Below, piece by piece: positions 10,214 through 21,300 of a stretch of DNA of 64,000 nt. Every line of letters begins with the position of its first letter. The stretch's first letter is position 1. The position numbers were made by a program, and so were the translations under genes. The notes under the pieces were generated by a model. It worked only from the letters and a program-made list of their open reading frames with translations. It was not told the DNA's origin and did not search any database. Source of the DNA: Scenedesmus sp. PABB004 (taxonomy: Eukaryota); the NCBI GenBank assembly GCA_014905635.1, contig CM026547.1:1426001-1490000 (forward strand). The letters run 5' to 3'.

Positions 10214-11892
10214 GCAGCGTCGCGCCTGCGCGCACCTGAGAGGGCGCGGCGAGGTCCGCGGCGCGTGAGGCGTGGCGGCGGCGTGCCCCGCGGCGAAGCA
10301 CGGCACGCGGCGCCCACCCGCGCCGCCGCCCGCCGGCGCCGCCGCCTGCCCGCGCCGCCCCGCACTCGGCGCACGCACCTCTGTGCTCTTGCCCAGCGTG
10401 AGGCGGCGCTCGTCAAACTCAACGCCCGTCGGCGTCAGGTGCACGCCCGTGCCGACGTCGTTGTCCAGCCTGGCCGCGGCGGCGGCGGCGGCGGCGCGGC
10501 CGCGGCGCGCCCGTCGGCGGCCGGCAATACGCGCGCCGCGCCCTGCGCCGCGCCGGCCGCGCCGCGCTGCCGCCTGCTCACCTGACCATGAGGCGCGCCG
10601 GCGGCTGCCAGAACTCGCCGAGGCGCGTGAGCGGCACCTCGTACTTGACGCGCAGCGCCATGCCGCCGCCGACCGGCAGCGGCCACGCGCCGCCGACCTT
10701 GAGCAGCGGCTGCGGCAGCAGCTTCAGGCTCAGCAGGTCGGCCACCTTGAGCCGCGCGACGCCGTGCAGCTCCTGCGCGGCGCGGGCGCGGGCCGGCGCG
10801 CGCGGCTCGGGGCGGGGCAGCGCGGCGCGGCGCCCAGCCCGCGGCACCCAGCCCGCGGCGCCGGCGCTGCCGCCACCGCCGCCGCCGCCGCCGCCGCGCC
10901 TGCCGGTCCAGGTCGACGCCCACGCCGACCCCAAAGTCCAGCAGCGCGCGCTTCGAGTCCGGCGCCTTGAGCTGCACGCAGCGCGTGACCTTGAGCCGCG
11001 CGCCCGTCGGCTGCTGCCGGTACGGCGCCGGCGCGCCGGGCTGCTGCTGCTGCGCCGCCGCCGCCGCGTTGGCAGGGTAGTAGGGGCCATCGTAGTCGCC
11101 CACGTACCCGACCACCGGCTGCCTGCGCGGCACACGGGAGTGGGCGCGTGCGGGCACGTGCGGGCGCGCCGGCGGCGGTGGCGCGGCGCGACTCACTGCT
11201 TGCGCGGGCGCCCGCGCCCGCGCCGCGCCTCGTGCCGGCCGCGGCGGAAGAGGATGCTGCCGGCGTCGTAGTCCTCGGGCCACAGGAAACTGCGGGGCGC
11301 GGCGCGGCGGCGCGCGTGTGCGCGCCCGCCTGCGCGCAGCGCCCGCCGGCCGCGCTCGGTGCGCCCGCCGCGCCGCGGGCTCACGTCGGGCGCCGCAGGT
11401 CGACGCGCGCCACGCCCACGGTCTTGGCGGCGAGCTTGCTCCAAAGCTCCTTGACCTGCGGCGGGCGCGCGGCTGCTCGCCCGGGGCGGCGGCGCGGGCG
11501 TGCCGCCCCTGGCGCGTGCGTGCCGCCCCTGGCGCGCGCGTGCGCTGGCGCCGCCGCTGCCGCTGCCGCCGCCCGTGCGCGCCGCTCACCCAGGGCTGCG
11601 CCTCGATCGTGGGCACCGCGACGAGCGCCTTGCCCGGCGGCAGCGGCGAAGACTCCGCGCCACGCGGCGCCTGCTGCGCGCGCTGCACCGCCGGCGCCGG
11701 CGGTGGCAGGCCGTACTGCTCGTACTCAGCGACCGGCAGCGGCGGCGCGGAGGCCTCGGCCATCGGCGCCGACCCGGCGTGCGCGGCGCTGCCGAGCTCC
11801 AGGCTCCGCGGCGCCAGCGGCGGCGGCACGGGCGGGTAGGCGCGTGGTGTGCCTGGCGGCTTCTGTGCCTCGCCGCTGCCCCAAAACGGCAT
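10125..11892 (-). CDS. Gene X: hypothetical protein with Pro-rich N-terminus and beta-strand-rich C-terminal half
   Basis: Spliceable exons VKELWSKLAAKTVGV, FLWPEDYDAGS, LLDFGVGVGVDLDRQ, MALRVKYEVPL, VHLTPTGVEFDE, FKLHVHRLSLKTLW*; ATG at 11892 (alternative 11763). Confidence 0.7.
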
Positions 11893-12213
11893 TGCGAGCG
11901 CCGGGAGCGTGCGGCGCTACTGCTGCCGCTCGCCTGTGCGTGCACGTGTGGCGTCGGCGGGCTGACACGCTGCTGCGGCGGGGTGTGGCGTCGCTGGGCG
12001 GCGGGCCGGCGAGCACGCGGGCGGCGGCGCGGCGGGCGGCGGCGGCGCAGAACCCAGGCCGCTGCTCGGGTCGCGCCCGCGCGTATGCACCCCCGCCAGG
12101 ACCCACACAGCTCACGCAAGGCCCTCGGCCAGCGCCCCGCGCCTGCGCGCCCCCTCCAGGCGCCGCGCCCGCGCCGACAGCAGCGCCTCGCCCCGCCGCC
12201 GCCGCCGCCGCAC

Positions 12214-13879
12214 ATGCAGCTGGCAGGGCGCATGGCCGCGCCCGCCCTGGTACGACGCGGCGCCGGCCTGGCCCACCGCATGCTGGGCCTCGCGCCGCAT
12301 GCGCGCGCGCCGGCGCCGCGCGGCGCGGCAGCGAGCGCTGCCGACCCTCTCCACCACTCGCGCGCCCGCAGGCCGCGGCCGGCCGGCGGCTCGCCGCCGC
12401 GCCCGCCGCCGTCGCCGCCCGCCGCCCGGAGCTGCGCGCCGCCGCCGGCTGCTGCAGCGCGCGGCGCGCCGCCTCCGGCGCGCCGCCGGCGCGGCCGGCG
12501 CGGCCGGCTGCGCGGCGCGCGGCCGCGGCGCCGCTGCGCGCCGCTGCGGTGCCCGAGGTCTTCCGGGAGGGCGCCGACGCCGAGCTCACGGCCTTCCAGG
12601 AGCACCAGAAGACCGCCGCGCGGCCCACGCCCGCCGAGGACGCGCGCACGATCATGGCGCTCGCGGGGTGGGGCGCGGCGCGCGCGGGGGAGCCGCGGGC
12701 GCCGCCCGCCGCAGCGGCCGCGCGCCCCGCCTCACGCCGCCGCCGCCGCGACAGCACGGGCGTGCTGAGCACGCTGTCAGCGCACGCGTCGAGCGCGGGC
12801 TTTCCCTTTGGCAGCGTGGTCGAGTTTGCGGTGGACGACCAGGGCCGGCCGCTGCTCGCGACCAGCACGCTCTCGCCGCACACCGCCGACCTGGAGGCCG
12901 ACGGGCGCTGCAGCCTGACGGTCACCGCGCCCGGCTTCAAGGCGCGCTGCGCGCCCCGCGCTGATCGGCGGCCGCGCGGCGCCGTCCCAGCGGCAGCGAC
13001 GGCCCCTCGCCCGGGCGCCCGCGACGCCGCGCCGCCGCCACCACAGGGCCTCGCTGACGGGCGCTTCACGCTGACGGGCACCGCGTCGCCGCTGCCCGAG
13101 GGCGAGCGCGCCGCCGCGCGCGAGACGTTCCTGTCGCGGCACCCGGGCGCGTTTTATGTCGACTTTGGCGACTTCCGCTGGTTCCGCGTCGACGCGCTGC
13201 GCGGCGGACGCTACGTCGGCGGCTTTGGCCGCGTGGCCTCGGTGCGCACGCGCGCTGCAGCCGACGAGGCCGGCACGCTGGCGACGCCGACAGGGCCTGT
13301 CGACCTGTGGGCCCCGCTGACCGCGCCCGCCCGCGCGCAGGTCAGCGCGGCCGACTACGCCGCCGCGCGGCCTGACCCCGTCTCCGGCTTTGCGTCGCAC
13401 GTGGCGGGGCACATGAACGGCGAGGCGAGCCACGTCAAGGTGCGGCGGGCGCCCCGAGGGCGGCGCGCCGCCGGCCGGCGGGCCCGCGCGCGTGCACGCG
13501 CACACGCGGCGGCCGGCAACGCTCCGTTTCAACGGCCCGCACGCGCCCGCGTGGCCGCAGGACATGCGTGACATGGTGAAGCACTATGTCGGGCTGGGCG
13601 TGTCGGACGCGCGCATGCTCGCGCTTGACCGCCTCGGCGCCGACATGCAGGTCACGCGCGACGGCGCGACCTTCAAGCTGCGCCTGCCCTTCGTAAAGTG
13701 AGGGGGCCGCGGGCGCGGCGCGGCGCGGCGGGCGCGGGCGCCGCCGCCGCCCGCGTCTTGAGCGCGCGCGCCGCCGCGCCGGCGCGCGCAGGCCGGCCGA
13801 GGACCGCAAGGGCGTGAAGGAGGTGCTGGTCGAGATGACCAAGACCGCGCGCGCCGCCGTGGCCGTGGCCGGCGGCTGA
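12214..13879 (+). CDS. Plastid HugZ-homologue (HOZ-like): split-barrel domain + DUF2470 domain
   Basis: Transit-like N-terminus; TGVLSTLS..GFPFGSVVEFAVDDQGRPLLATSTLSPHTADL, HPGAFYVDFGDF, GHMNG, FKLRLPF..PAEDRKGVKEVLVEM; by recall resembles the plant HOZ/At3g03890 type more than GluTR-binding protein; TGTAA at 13995-13999. Confidence 0.85.
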
Positions 13880-14325
13880 GGGAGCAGGGCCGGCGCTGCT
13901 GGCCCGCCGGCTGGCCCGCCGCCGGCGCTCCCGCCACGCGGGCGGGCGGTGAGCGAGCGGCGGCGGGCGCCTGCGGCCGCGCGCGCGGCTCGTGTGTAAA
14001 CCTTCCTGTGCTCTGTTGTGCAACGGAGCTCGGCCTGCGCGTTTGCGGCGGCCGCGCCGCGCGACAGGCCCTCGGTTACTAGACTCGCGGCGCGCTGGCC
14101 TTCTCCCCGCGCCAGCGCGACGACGCGCGGCGCGAAGAGCTCCTGCTCCGTCGGGCGCGCGTCTGGGGCGGCGCGGCGGGCGCAAGGGGTCCGAGACTGA
14201 GCCCGGCGCTTGTGCCCGTGCGTGGGTCCATGCCGCGCCTCGGCCGCCCGCGCCCCGCTGGCCCGGCCAGTCCCCCCGGCGTTCGTGCGCGTGGTTGCGG
14301 TCTCCCTCCCGTCGCCCGTGTGGGC
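13717..14325 (+). repeat. Inverted duplication block A
   Basis: Partner of 9046-9646. Confidence 0.95.
13995..13999 (+). terminator. Chlorophyte poly(A) signal TGTAA of the HOZ-like gene (representative example)
   Basis: TGTAA ~115 nt after the stop; similar sense-strand signals at 3751, 9372, 17754, 29738, 31407, 33829 (-) and 59959 (+). Confidence 0.7.
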
Positions 14326-14326
14326 A

Positions 14327-14859
14327 GCTTCCCGCGCTCGCTGCCCGTTGACCGCGACGACCCGGACGCGTTCAAGCTGCACGTGCACCGCCTCAGCCTC
14401 AAGACGCTGTGGTGACGGCCGCCCCCGCCGCGCGGGCGCGCGCGCCGCCGCTTGACCACTGCGCGCGGGGGCGCCCCTGCGGCGCGGCGCCCCGGGCGCG
14501 AGCGCGTCTGCCGTGTGACGGCGCGCTCCCACGCCCCGCGGCCCGCGCGGGGGCCGCGGCGGCCCAGCGGCGCGCGCGGGCGCCCGGCGATCGGCGGGCC
14601 GACCGTTGCTAGATGCGGGCCCGTGCGGCCGCGCGCCGCCGGGTGCGTGCGAGCGCCGCGGTAACGGACGCTTCGCGGTGGTGGCCGGGCGTGCTAGGCC
14701 CCTGTGGGCTTCGGATCTCTTAGACCACTGCGCCGCTTCACTGTCCCCGCCCCGGGCGCCCAATTCGCGACCCCCCGCGCCGCGGCGCCGCCCCACTCAA
14801 GCTCGCCCTCGCGTCAGGCCGCCCTCCCGGCCGTCGCCACCATGCAGCAGTGCCTGGGC
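14327..14859 (+). repeat. Inverted duplication block B (begins with an orphan copy of the gene X last exon, 14327-14415)
   Basis: Partner of 9682-10213; FPRSLPVDRDDPDAFKLHVHRLSLKTLW* fragment lacks a splice acceptor. Confidence 0.95.
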
Positions 14860-16933
14860 AGCAGCAGCATGCGGGGCGCCCGCGCGCCCGCCGCTTCGCG
14901 GGCGCCGCAGCGCGCGGCCGGCGCGCGTCCGGCCCGGGCTGCCGCCCAGCGCGCGCTGGCGGCGGCGGTGCAGGCGTCGGTGCAGGCGAGCGCGCCGAGC
15001 ACCACCGGCCCCTCGCCGAGCGCCCGCCTGCCCTCCAGCCACCTGGAGAGCAGCAAGAAGGCGCTGGAGCAGCTCAAGGCCTCGGCGGTGAACCGTGAGT
15101 CGCCGCGCATGGCCCAACGGCCCGCGCGCACGCGCGCGCCGGCGGTGGCAGCCACTCAGGACATCGCCCCCCGATGCCGCCCCCCGCAACCGCAGGCTAT
15201 GCGGCGGTCGACAAGAACAGCATCATCGCCATCGGCCTGACCATCCACAACGCGCCCGTGGAGCTGCGCGAGAAGCTGGCGGTGCCCGAGGCGGAGTGGC
15301 CGCGGGCCATCGAGGAGCTCTGCGCGTACCCGCACATCGAGGAGGCGGCGGTGCTGTCCACCTGCAACCGCATGGAGCTCTACGTCGTCGCCGTGTCCTG
15401 GCACCGCGGCGTGCGCGAGGTGGAGGACTGGCTCTCGCGCAGCAGCGGCGTGCCGCTGAAGGAGCTGCGGCCGTACCTGTTCCTGCTGCGCGACCGCGAC
15501 GCGACGCACCACCTGCTGCGCGTCAGCGGCGGCCTCGACTCGCTCGTCATGGGCGAGGGCCAGATCCTGGCCCAGGTGCGCCAGGTCTACAAGGTCGGCC
15601 AGAACACGACCGGCTTTGGCCGCCAGCTCAACGGCCTCTTCAAGCAGGCGATCACCGCGGGCAAGCGCGTGCGCAGCGAAACCAGCATCTCCACCGGCAG
15701 CGTCAGCGTCAGCAGCGCGGCGGTCGAGCTCGCGCAGCTGAAGCTGCCGAGCCACAGCTGGGCCGACGCGCGCGTGTGCATCATCGGCGCGGGCAAGATG
15801 TCGACGCTGCTGGTGAAGCACCTCCTCTCCAAGGGCTGCACCCAGGTCACCATCCTCAACCGCAGCCTCCCGCGCGCCCAGGCGCTGCAGGAGGAGTTCC
15901 CCGACATGGCCATGGACATCCACCTCATGCCCGACCTCATGGACTGCGTGCGTGACAGCGACGTCGTCTTTGCCGCCTCGGGTGCGCGCGCGCGCGCGCG
16001 CGCAACCTGACAGGCCGCGCGGCGCGCGGGGCGGGCGCGCGCGGCGGCGGCGCCAGCGGGCAGCGCTGCGGGGGGCGCGCCAGCGCCAGCGCCAGCGCGC
16101 GGCGGCGGGACTGCACGTCCGAGGGCGCGCGCGCGCGCGCGGCGCGCGGTCGGCGAGCCGCAGCTGCCGCCCCGCGCGGCCGCGCCTCACGCGCCTCCCG
16201 CGCCCGCGCGCGCCCGCGCCGCGCCGCGCGCAGGCAGCGAGGAGCTGCTGATCCACGCGGAGGACATCGCGGGCATGCCCCGCCGCAGCGACGCGGTCGG
16301 CGGCGTGCGGCGCTTTGTCGACATCAGCGTGCCGCGCAACGTCGCGCCCGACATTGCCGCCGAGGCGCACGGCGGCATCGTGTACAACGTGGACGACCTC
16401 AAGGAGGTGGTCGTGGCCAACAAGGAGGCGCGCGCCGCGGCGGCGGCCGAGGCCGAGGTCCTGCTGAAGTGAGCGCCGCGGCGCGCGGCATGCGCGGCGG
16501 CGGCGCACGCGCGCGCGGTGAGCAGCCGTGGCGGCAGCCGCGGCGCGTCGGCCCGCGCTGACCGCGCCGCCGCGCCGCGCGCAGGGAGGAGCAGCGCTCG
16601 TTCGAGGCGTGGCGCGACAGCCTCGAGACGGTGCCGACGATCAAGGCGCTGCGCGCCAAGGCCGAGTCGATCCGCGCGGCCGAGTTTGAGAAGGCGCTGA
16701 GCCGGCTGGGCGAGGGCATGAGCAAGAAGCAGATGAAGGCGGTGGAGGAGCTGAGCAAGGGCATCGTCAACAAGCTGCTGCACGGCCCCATGACCGCGCT
16801 GCGCTGCGACGGCACGGACCCCGACGCCGTCGGCCAGACGCTCGCCAACATGGAGGCGCTGGAGCGCATGTTTGAGCTCAGCCAGGCGGCGGCTGCGGGC
16901 GCGGCCGCCGCGGCCGCGGCGGCGCGCAAGTGA
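14842..16933 (+). CDS. HEMA: Glutamyl-tRNA reductase, chloroplast (4 exons)
   Basis: [26 protein letters not shown] (catalytic Cys), [40 protein letters not shown]. Confidence 0.97.
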
Positions 16934-18306
16934 GCGGCGGGTCGTGGCGCGGCCAGCCCCGCGGCGCGGGGCGCGCGCGCGGCGCGCGCGGCAGCAGCAG
17001 GCGCTGCGGGCCGCTCGCCGCCGGCGCGCGCCGGGGCTGGCCGGCGCGCTGGTGCAGCTGCTGGTGTCGGGCGCGCGCCCGGGCGCCGCCGCACGCCGCC
17101 CGCTGTGGGCGGCGGCGGCGCGCCCGGGCGCGCCGGGCGTGGGGGCGGGGCGTGAAGCATGATCGCGGGGGGCGCCGGGCGTGCACGGGCGGGCTGCGGG
17201 CAGGGCGGGGCGGGGCGGGGCGGCGGGCGCGGCGCCCGGGCGCTGCGCCGCCGCCGCCGCGGCGCGTGCGCTGCCCAAGCAGCGCTTTTTTCGTTCCGCC
17301 GTCGTCGTCGTGTTTTTGGTCGATGGCGCGGCGGCCCCTCTCAACCCTGCTGCTGCTGCTGCTGTCGAGTGCACAGCAGCGAGTGCCTGCGCTGGCACCT
17401 GACCTGCCCGCGTGCTCCGCGCCGGGCCCGCCCGGCGCGCGTCCCCCTAGGAACTTGCAGGTTTTTCATCGTTCGTCGCTGGTGGCTGGCTGGCTCGGGC
17501 GGCGGCATTAGCGGCGGCGGCGGCGGCGGGGCAACGCCCCCACGCAGCAGCCGGCGCGCGCGCGGCAGCAGCAGAGAGGGCCCGCAGCGGCGCCTGCGCC
17601 GCCATGGCGCGTGCGCGGCGCGGGCGGCAGCAGAGAGCGGGGTGGCGAGTGTTGCTGTAGGTCGCGTGTGTACCCAAGATTCCGCGGAGCGCAGCGCAGC
17701 GCGCGCCCGGGGTAACCGGCGGGCGGACAGGGCCGGACCGCGCCCAAACCGCGTTACACGCCCCCGCCAAGCACACACCCTAAGCCCACCAAAACGGGGG
17801 GACCACCACCACCGCCGCGACCACCACGACCACGAAAACGGGGCACCCACGCGTACGCCCGAACGTCGCTTGCTCTCCCCTCCTCGCCGTCTTGTCCGAG
17901 GCAGCCCGCCGCCGCCGGCTGCGCACACGCACAGGCGCGCGCGCGAGGCGCCAACCACGCCCGCAACACACACGCGGCACGCCGGGCCGGGGCGGCTGCA
18001 GCGCGCGCGCGCTGTGGCCCCGCCGCCCCGCCCATCGCCCCCCCCTCCCGCGCGAGCCAGGTCAAGTGCTGGCCGGCCGCCGCCGGCGGCGCGCGGCCCG
18101 GCATGGGGTGTGTACAAGAAAGTGGCGCGGCGGCGCGCGCCCCAAAACAGCGCACCGCGTTGGCGCTGCGCCGCGGGGGCGCCGCGGTCGCGCGCGCCCC
18201 GCCCCATCCCGCCGTCAAAAGCCCCGCCCGCGCGCGCCGCGCGCTGGCGCGCCGCTGCCGCGCCGCGCGGGCCCGCCCCCGCCCCGGCCGCCGCCGCACG
18301 CGGCGC

Positions 18307-21300
18307 TCACACGTGCAGCACCTCGGCGAGCTTGGCCTTGAGGTTGTCGGTCGTCGCCTGCGCGCCGCGGCGCGGCGCGGGGCGGCGGCGCGCGCGCCTC
18401 AAGAGAGAGCCGCCGGCTCCCTCCCCTCCTCGTCGCCCCCGCTCCCGCCCCGCCCCGCCTCTCACGCACCTCGCGCCCTCCCAGCCCTCTCGCCCACCCA
18501 CCCACCCACCACACCCACCCAGCCCACACCCAACCCAACGCCCAGGCCCAGGCCCGCGCCTTAGCGTCGCCGAGGAGCATGAACGTGTTGGGCTTGTAGA
18601 ACACGGGGTTGTCCGCGCCCGCGTAGCCGACGCCCATGGAGCGCTTGCAGAAGACGACCTGCTTGGCGCGCCAGACCTCGATGACGGGCATGCCCGCGAT
18701 GACGCTGCCCGGGTCCTCCAGCGCGGCGCTGTTGACGGTGTCGTTCGCGCCCATGACGACGACGACGTCGTAGCTCTCCATGTGCTCGTTCACCTCGTCC
18801 ATCTGAGGTGTGCGGGTGCGTGTGGGTGTGGGTTTGGTGTGGGTGGGTGTGGGTGTGGGTGGGTTTGGTGTGTGTGTGTGAGGGGGTGAGCGGGTGGGTG
18901 GGTGGGTGGAGGGTGTGAGAAGGTGGAGGGAGAGAGGGAGAGAGGGAGAGAGGGAGAGAGGGAGAGAGGGAGAGAGGGAGAGAGGGAGAGAGGGAGGAGA
19001 GGGGGGAGAGAGCCCCGCCGCGCGGGCGCCGCACCTCAAAGACCACGTCGTACGGCACGCCCGCCTCGGCGAGCAGCACGTTGAGCTGCCCCGGCATGCG
19101 CCCCGCGACGGGGTGGATGCCAAACTCGACCTGCGCGCGCACACGCGCCGCGCGGGCAGGCGGGCAGGCGGGCGTGAGCCGCGCGGCCGCGGCGGCGGCG
19201 CCGGGGCCGGCGCGCCGCGCCGCCAGCCAGCCCGTCAGCCCCCTCCCTCCCCCGCACGCCGGCCTGCACACACACACGCCCGCAGCGCGGCGCAGCCCCG
19301 GCGCCGCCGCCCGCCCGCCCGCGCGCGGCGCGGCCCCGGGTCGCGGCGGCGCGGTGCGGTGCGGCGCGGGGGTGTGGGTGGCGCGGTGCGGGGTGCGCGG
19401 TGCGGTGCGGGGTGCGCGGTGCAGGTGCGGGTGGCGCGGTGCGGTGCGGGGTGCGGTGCGGGGTGCGCGGTGCGGTGTGCGGGGTGCGCGCCTGGACGTC
19501 CTTCTTCTTGAGCATCTTGGTGAGCTCCGCGATGCTGTGCTGCGCGTTGGCGACGGCGAGGCCGTAGCCCGGCACGACGAGCACGCGGCTCGCGGTCGCG
19601 AGCGTCTCGGCCGCCTCTGGCACGCTCATCTCCTGGTGCGTGCCCTGCGGGGGGGGGGGGGGGGGTTGTTAGGGGAGGATGCGGCGGGGAGAGGGGAGGT
19701 GCGGCGGCGGCGGCGGCGGCGGGGAGAGGGGAGGTGCGGCGGCGGGGAGGAGGGCGTGAGCGGGCGCGCGCGGGGGAGCCGGCGGCGCACGCGGCGCGGC
19801 GTGGTGCGCGGCGCGCGGCGCGCACCGTGACGGCCGCGGCCGTGCTGCTGGCGGCGGGCGTGCCGTAGCCGCCGAAGATGACCTGGCGATGTGCGCGGCG
19901 GCGGCGGCGCGGCGGCGGCGCGGGGCGGGGGTCAGCCGACGCGGGGCCCTCTGCGCGCTGGCTGCTGCCGCGCGCGGCGCCGCGCGTGCGGCCCGCGGGC
20001 GCGGCGCGGCGCGCGGCGCGGGGGCGGTCTGCGCACGTTGAGGAGGGAGCGGTTCATGGCCTTGCACATGATGTAGCTGAGGATGGCGCCGGAGGAGCCG
20101 ATGAGCGCGCCGACGGTGGTGATGAGGTCGTTGTTGAGCATGAACCCCTCGGCGCACAGGGCGTAGCCGCTGTAGCTGTTGAGCAGCGTGATCACGACAG
20201 GCATGTCCGCGCCGCCTGGGGGGAGGGGGAGAGGGAGGGGGGGGGCGGCGCGGCGCGGGCGGCGGGCGGGCGGGCGGGCGGCGGGCGGGTGGTGGGCGGG
20301 TGGTGGGCGGGCGGGCGGCGGGCGAGAGCGGGGAGAGGGAGAGAGGGCGGGAGGGGGCGGAGGGGCCGCGGCGGCGCGCCGGCGGCGGCGCACCGATCGA
20401 GGCGGTGAGGTGCGCGCCGAGCACGCCGCCGAGCGCGGCGGTCGCCCAGAGCATCGCGACGCCAAAGCCGGGGTCGCCGGTGGTCAGGAACGCGCCGCCC
20501 GCGGCGACCACGCCGCCGAGGAGGGCGAGGTTGATGTAGTTCTTGCCCGGCAGCGCCAGCGGCTTGCTGTCCAGGATGCCCTGCAGCTTGCCAAACGCAA
20601 CCGCCTGCAGTCGCGCGCGGCGCGGCGGTGCGGGTGCGGGTGCGTGGGCGGGCGCCGCGGCGGCGCGGCGGCTGCGGCGCGGCGGCTGCGTCGCGGCGAC
20701 TGCGGCAGCGCGGCTGCTGGGCTGCTGCCCCGCTTGATCGGGGTGTCGCACCGAGCCGGTGAGCGTGATGGCGCCGATGACGTCGCCCAGCAGCGCGGTG
20801 ACCATGTGCACGCCGTCGAGGTCGTGGCCGCCGTCTGCGAGGAGCATGATGTTGGCGATGGACGTCACCGCGGCGGCGAGGCCGACGAGGCTGTGGTACG
20901 CGGCGACCATCTGGGGCAGGTCGGTGATGTTGATGCGCGCCGCGATCTGGTTGCCCACCAGCCCGCCCGCGCCGAGGCTCGCGATGATCTGCGGCGCGGC
21001 GCGGCGCGGGTCGGGGCAGCGGGCAGGGCAGCGTCAGCGAGCAGCGCGTGGACGAGTGGCGCGAGGGGGAGAAAGGGAGAGAGAGAGAGAGAAGGGGAGG
21101 GGGAGCTGCGGGCGGCCACGCCGCTCGGCGCGGCGGCGCGGCGCGCCTGGGCGTAGGTCGCGGGGTCGGTGTGGAGGCCGCCGAGCGTCGCGGCGACGCC
21201 GCTGCCGACGCCGATGAGGCCGAGCGCGTTGCCGGTGCGCGCGCTCTCCTGCTTGCTGAGGCACGCGATCGCGGCGATGCAGAGCGCGCTGCTGACGAGG

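Noticed and set aside
12214..13879. Calling this gene GluTR-binding protein (PGR7/GBP) because it adjoins HEMA
   Set aside because: Motifs (FYVDFGDF, FKLRLPF..DRKGVK) fit the HOZ paralogue better by recall; a phylogeny is needed to settle it
9046..14859. Inverted repeats as transposon TIRs
   Set aside because: The repeats consist of host gene ends and promoters in permuted order; no transposase or target-site duplication seen
17775..17790. CCCTAA telomere-like hexamer
   Set aside because: Single copy, not an array
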